39,400 nt of DNA, from NCBI GenBank assembly GCA_031417455.1, contig JANOVN010000493.1, forward strand, positions 1-39,400, read 5' to 3'. The DNA is from Hyphomicrobiaceae bacterium (GTDB taxonomy: Bacteria; Pseudomonadota; Alphaproteobacteria; Rhizobiales; Hyphomicrobiaceae). Each line of letters begins with the position of its first letter. Position 1 is the stretch's first letter. Below, one piece after another: positions 35,102 through 39,400 of the stretch. The notes below the pieces were generated by a model. The model saw nothing but the letters and a program-made list of their open reading frames with translations, was not told the origin of the DNA and did not search any database. A program made the translations under genes and the position numbers.

Positions 35102-36034
35102 ATGGGGCGGTTCAATACGTTGTCCGTCTGGTTGTGCATGGCCGCCTCATGCCCCGCGCTGGCGCAGGATACCCCCAAACCGTCATTGGAATTGCCCGCA
35201 GCCGCCGCACAGCCCGCCCCACAGCCCGCCGCCGCAACGACGGCAACGCCACGGCCCAATGCCCCAGCACCTCCCCCAGCCACTCCCCCCGCACCCGGTA
35301 AGGCTGCCACCACCTATCGCCTCGAAACCGACGTCTCGATGCGGGCAATCCCCATAGATGTGCGCTTTTCGGGTGCCCGTTTAGTCATGTTCGGGTCCGC
35401 CACCAGCATCGGTCCGCCTCTTGTCGATGCAGGCCCCATCGACGTTGTTGCGATCATCCAGGGTGCGCCGTCCCGGCTGACCGTTCGCCGCAAGAGCAAT
35501 GTCTGGGGCCTGTGGTTGAACACCCGCAGCATCGAGTTCGATCAGGCACCGCGCTATTACGCCGTGGTCTCGACGCGTCCGCTGGAAGGGATTGCCAAGA
35601 CCTCGGTTCTCGCCGAATACGGCATCGGCTTTGAACAGGTGCCGATCACCGCCTCGCTGGCGGATGTGTCCGGTCTGAGCGCGATCCAGCTCGACGAATT
35701 CCGTGATGCCGCCATCCACATCGGTATCCGCCAGAAACAATATGTCCGCCACGACGGCGGCATTGCCTTCGTCGGCAAAAGCCTGTTCCGGGGCCAGATC
35801 GACCTCCCCGCCACCGTTCCCGTCGGCCAATTGGACGTCAGCGTCTTCCTGTTTCGCGGCGGCAAGGTCGTCGCCCGCCACGAAAACCGCGTCACCCTCG
35901 CCCGTCAGGGCTTCGAGAACTTCACTTACGAGTTTGCCCAACGCCATTCACTTCTGTATGGGCTGGCAACCGTCGCGCTCGCCACCCTCGTCGGCCTCGC
36001 CTCCTCCTACATCGTCAGTCTGCGGCGGCGTTGA
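35102..36034 (+). CDS. TIGR02186-type alphaproteobacterial membrane-anchored protein (usual partner of TauE-like genes)
   Basis: Signal peptide LSVWLCMAASCPALA, Pro/Ala-rich linker, conserved body, C-terminal TM helix LLYGLATVALATLVGLASSYIV. Translationally coupled to the upstream gene: AAGGAGG upstream, and the alternative GTG 35096 overlaps the TGA. Confidence 0.7.
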   Translation: MGRFNTLSVWLCMAASCPALAQDTPKPSLELPAAAAQPAPQPAAATTATPRPNAPAPPPATPPAPGKAATTYRLETDVSMRAIPIDVRFSGARLVMFGSATSIGPPLVDAGPIDVVAIIQGAPSRLTVRRKSNVWGLWLNTRSIEFDQAPRYYAVVSTRPLEGIAKTSVLAEYGIGFEQVPITASLADVSGLSAIQLDEFRDAAIHIGIRQKQYVRHDGGIAFVGKSLFRGQIDLPATVPVGQLDVSVFLFRGGKVVARHENRVTLARQGFENFTYEFAQRHSLLYGLATVALATLVGLASSYIVSLRRR

Positions 36035-36131
36035 GCAAGGTTCGGGCATAAGTGGCGGATACCTGCTTGTCACGGCCCACTCTCATTGTAGTCTACGCGC
36101 TCTCGATTCCATTGGCCCGGATAAGACCCAA

Positions 36132-36638
36132 GTGCCCGAAAAACCACCGCCCCAGCCGCCAAAATCTCCCCAAAAATCACTGCACCCACCGCAAATCGTC
36201 TCGACCGGATACTGGCTCCTCAAGTCGGAGCCAGACGCCTTCTCGTGGGATCAGCAGAAATCGCGCGGCGCCAAGGGCGAGCCTTGGACCGGGGTGCGCA
36301 ACTACCTAGCCCGCAACAACATGCGCGCCATGAACAAAGGCGACCTTGCCTTCTTCTACCACTCCAACATCGGCATGGAGATCGTCGGCGTGGTCAAGGT
36401 CATCGCCACCGCTTACCCTGACCTCTCCGACGACACCGGCAAATGGGAGTGCGTCGACGTCGAAGCCGTCTGCGACCTTCCCCGGCCCATTTCGCTCGCG
36501 CAAGTCAAGCAAACCCCCGCGCTCGCGGAAATGGCGCTTGTCAAATCCATGCGCCTCTCCGTCCAGCCCGTTCGCGCCGACGAATGGAATTTGATCTGTA
36601 AAATGAGCGGGCTCGAACCCAAGATACTTAAATCCTAG
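36132..36638 (+). CDS. EVE (PUA-like, DUF55) domain protein
   Basis: YWLLKSEPDAFSWDQ...WTGVRNYLARNNMRAMNKGDLAFFYHSN...IVGVVKV. The start is uncertain: GTG 36132 is the nearest in-frame start and gives a Pro-rich 28-aa leader. The upstream part of ORF 35703-36638 overlaps the previous gene and is not used. Confidence 0.75.
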   Translation: MPEKPPPQPPKSPQKSLHPPQIVSTGYWLLKSEPDAFSWDQQKSRGAKGEPWTGVRNYLARNNMRAMNKGDLAFFYHSNIGMEIVGVVKVIATAYPDLSDDTGKWECVDVEAVCDLPRPISLAQVKQTPALAEMALVKSMRLSVQPVRADEWNLICKMSGLEPKILKS

Positions 36639-36687
36639 CCCGCTCTTTGATAGAGCGCCGCGCGAAGCAATCCTGTATGGCAGCCCC

Positions 36688-37332
36688 ATGATGCTCAATG
36701 CCCCAGCTTTTATCCGTGCCAACACCCGCGTCCTGACGCCCCCGCTGGTGCCCGAAATCAGGCTTCACCTCGCTGAGGAAAGCGTGCCCATATGGCAGAA
36801 GACGGAGGAAGAGCTGGGCGAGATGAACGTCCCACCGCCGTACTGGGCGTTTGCCTGGGCGGGCGGGCAGGCTCTTGCCCGCTACATCCTCGACAATCCA
36901 GCCCTGTTTACCGGCCGCCGCGTCCTCGATCTGGGAGCAGGCTCCGGCCTCACCGCGATTGCCGCCATGAAGGCTGGTGCTGCTCATGTGCTTGCCGCCG
37001 ACATCGACGCCATAGCGCTCGAAGCGACCGCCATCAACGCCGCCGAAAACGCTGTGTCCGTGGACACCACCGCGCAGGATTTGCTCGCCGCACCTCCAGC
37101 AAGTTTCGACGTCATCCTGGTCGGTGATCTATTCTACGAACGCCAGCTGGCCGGCGCCGTGCTGGCCTTTATCGAGGCCGCCGCGAAGGGCGGCGCGCTG
37201 GTCCTGATCGGCGACCCGCAGCGCAACTATTTCCCGAAAGGCCGCTTCACGCTGGCCGCCGAATACGAGGTCACCGTCACCCGCGAACTCGAAGACGCTC
37301 TCATCAAGAAGACGGCGGTCTGGCGGGTGTAG
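36688..37332 (+). CDS. Class I SAM-dependent methyltransferase (PrmA/Methyltransf_16-like small MTase)
   Basis: SAM motif I VLDLGAGSGLTAIAA, motif II AADID, post-I/III segments DVILVGDLFY. Confidence 0.8.
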   Translation: MMLNAPAFIRANTRVLTPPLVPEIRLHLAEESVPIWQKTEEELGEMNVPPPYWAFAWAGGQALARYILDNPALFTGRRVLDLGAGSGLTAIAAMKAGAAHVLAADIDAIALEATAINAAENAVSVDTTAQDLLAAPPASFDVILVGDLFYERQLAGAVLAFIEAAAKGGALVLIGDPQRNYFPKGRFTLAAEYEVTVTRELEDALIKKTAVWRV

Positions 37333-37492
37333 CCCCACTGCAAAAATGCATCGCGGTCCGCTGCCACCGCGACGCGGAACTCACCCCTCGTCGTCCTCAG
37401 GGCTCCCGCAATTGTCGCCCCTCCACTGCTTTCCTGAGACAAGTGCGCCCTTGCGCACGCAGATCCGGGCCGTCCGGGGAAACAGTGTCGAT

Positions 37493-37528
37493 CCGAGACA
37501 ACCGCGCTAACCGAGACAACCGCGCAAA
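37493..37528. repeat. Two tandem 18-bp units ccgagacaaccgcgc(taa/aaa), ending 1 nt before the L,D-transpeptidase stop codon
   Basis: Read directly. 15/15 identical cores. Confidence 0.9.
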
Positions 37529-37529
37529 C

Positions 37530-39400
37530 TCAGTTCCCAAACAACCCGTTGATGAAGTCGCCGAGGTTGGCTTCCTTCTTGGACGGCGGACCGCCCTTCT
37601 TGGGCTTCTGGCCTTGCACTTGCGCGATGGACTCATCGCCACCCGGCGTCGTCGGATCTTCCAGGCGCACCGGCTTGCCAGACAACGCCGCGGCCAGCTT
37701 GGCATCATGCCCATACAAATCCGCGAACGTCCCCAGCTTGCCGTCTTCGTCAACGCGCGTGGTGAAATACCCAACGTGCACCGGGAACGGCCGTTCGAGC
37801 TTCACTTCCTGCGACCCGCCAGCCAGCGCCGAACCGACCTTTTCAGGTGACCAGCCGCGATCTTCCGCTAAGATCACTTCGGCCAACCGGCGCGGATTGT
37901 TGACGCGCATGCAGCCGTGGCTGAACGCGCGAACGCTCTGCGCGAACAGATCGCGCTGTGGCGTGTCGTGCATGTAGATATCGTGCCGGTTTGGGAAGCG
38001 GAACTTGACGACTCCAAGCACATTGGTGCCGCCAGCCGGCTGAATAAACGCGTAGGCGCGCGGATCGGTCTTGGTCCAGTCGATCTGGCTCGCATCGACT
38101 GCCTTTCCGTTATAGCTCACCCGCAGATTGTGCCTTTGCAGCACGCGGGTATCCGACACCGAAGGGCCGATCCCAAAGAAGCTGTCTTCCGAGGTCTTGC
38201 GCCGTAACGACGGCAGAATTTCCTTCATCTTGATGCTGTCGGGCACGCCCCACTCGGGATGGAAGATGACGAACTGCATGTTGGCCGAAAACATCGACGT
38301 CGGCGTGTTGGTCTTGCCGACGATGATCTTTTCCTGATGGACAATCTGCCCATCTTTGAACACCCGCGTGGTGAATTCTGGCACGTTGTTGAGGATGTGG
38401 AAACGGCCCATGTCGGCCGGCATCCAGCGCCAGCGCTCCATGTTGAGCGCGATCCGTTCGATCTCTCTGGAGGGGTCTGCCGCCACCTGCTTCTTCTGGG
38501 CGTTGCCGCCATTCAACGCGGTGCGCGTGGCCGAGGAGATAACGCCGTTGACCTTGAGGCCGCGCTCTTCCTGGTACGCTTTGACGGCGGCAACCAGCGG
38601 CTTGTCATAGGTCGTTTCGCGGCCACCAGCGGGTGCCGCAACGCCCAGATGCGCGCGGATCAGCGCGATATCGGCGTGTTGGCCGCCCGGCTTGATGTCG
38701 GGCCCAGCAGCCAGCGACAGCTTAGCCGGTTCGGGTGCTGCGGGCTCAGGTTTTGCAGGACCGCCATGAAGCGCACGGACCAGCGCCTGCTGCAACTTTT
38801 GGAACTGCGGATGCTGGGGATGCAGCGCTTCAAGATAAGTGTCCGGCTTCAAGGTCGCCGAAATACCAGCGAGCACGGTAGCTGGATTGGCAAACGTGCC
38901 GCGATGATCGTTGAACCGGCTCAGCGTCGAAGGATCGACCCGCCCGCCGCTCGCCTGCCGGGCATACTTCAAGATGGCAGTGCCGAGTTGAATTTCAACG
39001 TCGGCAAGAGCTGCGGTATCGGCACCGGCTGTCGGCGTGGGAAGCACGAATGCCTTGGCGTTGAGGCCCCAGTCGTCGGCGCGGCGGATGGCGGACATGA
39101 CGGCCTGGGCGGGCGCGGTCAATTGACCGTCCTTGGTCCATACCGGACCTTGGGTGCGCGCGGCGTAAAAAGCAACGAGTGCTGCCATGTCGGCTTTGTC
39201 GACGCCAGCAAGCGGCTTGGAAAGTCGCTCGCGCACCGCAAGCTCGACCGGATCGGTGACCGGGGCAACCACGGCGGGAGCCGCCGTCACCACGGGAGCG
39301 GGCGGAGGCGGTGGTTCGGCAGCGACTGCGGCAGGCGTTTCGCCCGGCGTCAGCACCTCGACACCAGTCTTCACAGGCGCAGCCGGAGTTTCAACGGCCG
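37530..39400 (-). CDS. YcbB-like L,D-transpeptidase (PG-binding domain + YkuD catalytic domain); N-terminus lies beyond the window
   Basis: PG_binding_1 block LVAAVKAYQEERGLKVNGVISSATRTAL. YkuD domain with catalytic SHGCMRV. The frame stays open upstream of the first listed start to the window edge. Confidence 0.9.
   Translation of the reverse strand, partial: AVETPAAPVKTGVEVLTPGETPAAVAAEPPPPPAPVVTAAPAVVAPVTDPVELAVRERLSKPLAGVDKADMAALVAFYAARTQGPVWTKDGQLTAPAQAVMSAIRRADDWGLNAKAFVLPTPTAGADTAALADVEIQLGTAILKYARQASGGRVDPSTLSRFNDHRGTFANPATVLAGISATLKPDTYLEALHPQHPQFQKLQQALVRALHGGPAKPEPAAPEPAKLSLAAGPDIKPGGQHADIALIRAHLGVAAPAGGRETTYDKPLVAAVKAYQEERGLKVNGVISSATRTALNGGNAQKKQVAADPSREIERIALNMERWRWMPADMGRFHILNNVPEFTTRVFKDGQIVHQEKIIVGKTNTPTSMFSANMQFVIFHPEWGVPDSIKMKEILPSLRRKTSEDSFFGIGPSVSDTRVLQRHNLRVSYNGKAVDASQIDWTKTDPRAYAFIQPAGGTNVLGVVKFRFPNRHDIYMHDTPQRDLFAQSVRAFSHGCMRVNNPRRLAEVILAEDRGWSPEKVGSALAGGSQEVKLERPFPVHVGYFTTRVDEDGKLGTFADLYGHDAKLAAALSGKPVRLEDPTTPGGDESIAQVQGQKPKKGGPPSKKEANLGDFINGLFGN

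Noticed and set aside
37443-37458. GTGCGC-cctt-GCGCAC hairpin between the convergent methyltransferase and L,D-transpeptidase genes, as a bidirectional terminator
   Set aside because: The stem is only 6 bp and there are no flanking A/T tracts. It may still form in RNA, but support is too weak to report as a feature.

Overview
High-GC, alphaproteobacterial-looking (Hyphomicrobiales/Rhizobiales-like) chromosomal DNA. I saw no tRNA/rRNA, transposase, integrase, phage gene or CRISPR array, so it does not look like a mobile island. All calls come from reading the six-frame translations and the DNA by eye: motif recognition and remembered family signatures, with no searches run.

Layout:
- (a) 1-2800: 3' part of a type I secretion ABC transporter plus a HlyD adaptor carrying an odd repeat-containing N-terminal extension.
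- (b) 3023-3571: secreted SYLF/Ysc84-like protein.
- (c) 7539-3737, minus strand: host-attachment (Hat) family protein followed by a MacAB/LolCDE-like adaptor-permease-ATPase set.
- (d) 11861-7721, minus strand: RND efflux pair.
- (e) 12118-13692: fused APH-like kinase / P-loop kinase.
- (f) 13798-18360: low-oxygen regulatory node. It holds a soluble PAS-PAS hybrid histidine kinase, a convergent OmpR-type response regulator, a divergent Crp/Fnr (FixK-like) regulator, an orphan 190-aa ORF and a small cytochrome c.
- (g) 18432-25455: stress/storage genes, namely a secreted CxxC protein, two tandem-domain USPs, an orphan 143-aa protein, a Pat-type acyl-CoA-synthetase-like/GNAT lysine acetyltransferase, a DUF6455-like Cys-rich small protein and a phasin.
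- (h) 25561-33749, minus strand: complete cbb3 oxidase system ccoNOQP plus ccoGHIS. ccoS is absent from the ORF track because it is under 60 aa.
- (i) 34176-39400: TauE/SafE permease with its TIGR02186-type partner, an EVE-domain protein, a SAM methyltransferase and a partial YcbB-like L,D-transpeptidase.

Main hunt result: five exact and three one-mismatch FixK/FNR boxes (TTGA[TC]-N4-[AG]TCAA), all intergenic and all upstream of genes. This makes roughly 7-34 kb a near-contiguous FixK-type microoxic regulon. It recruits several proteins of unknown function: the Hat/ABC operon, the 190-aa and 143-aa orphans, DUF6455, and Pat with the USPs.

Secondary observations are short 12-18 bp tandem direct repeats at several loci and a triple C7-8 tract in the phasin leader. 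No single unmistakable novel system is provable from sequence alone; candidates are ranked in findings.
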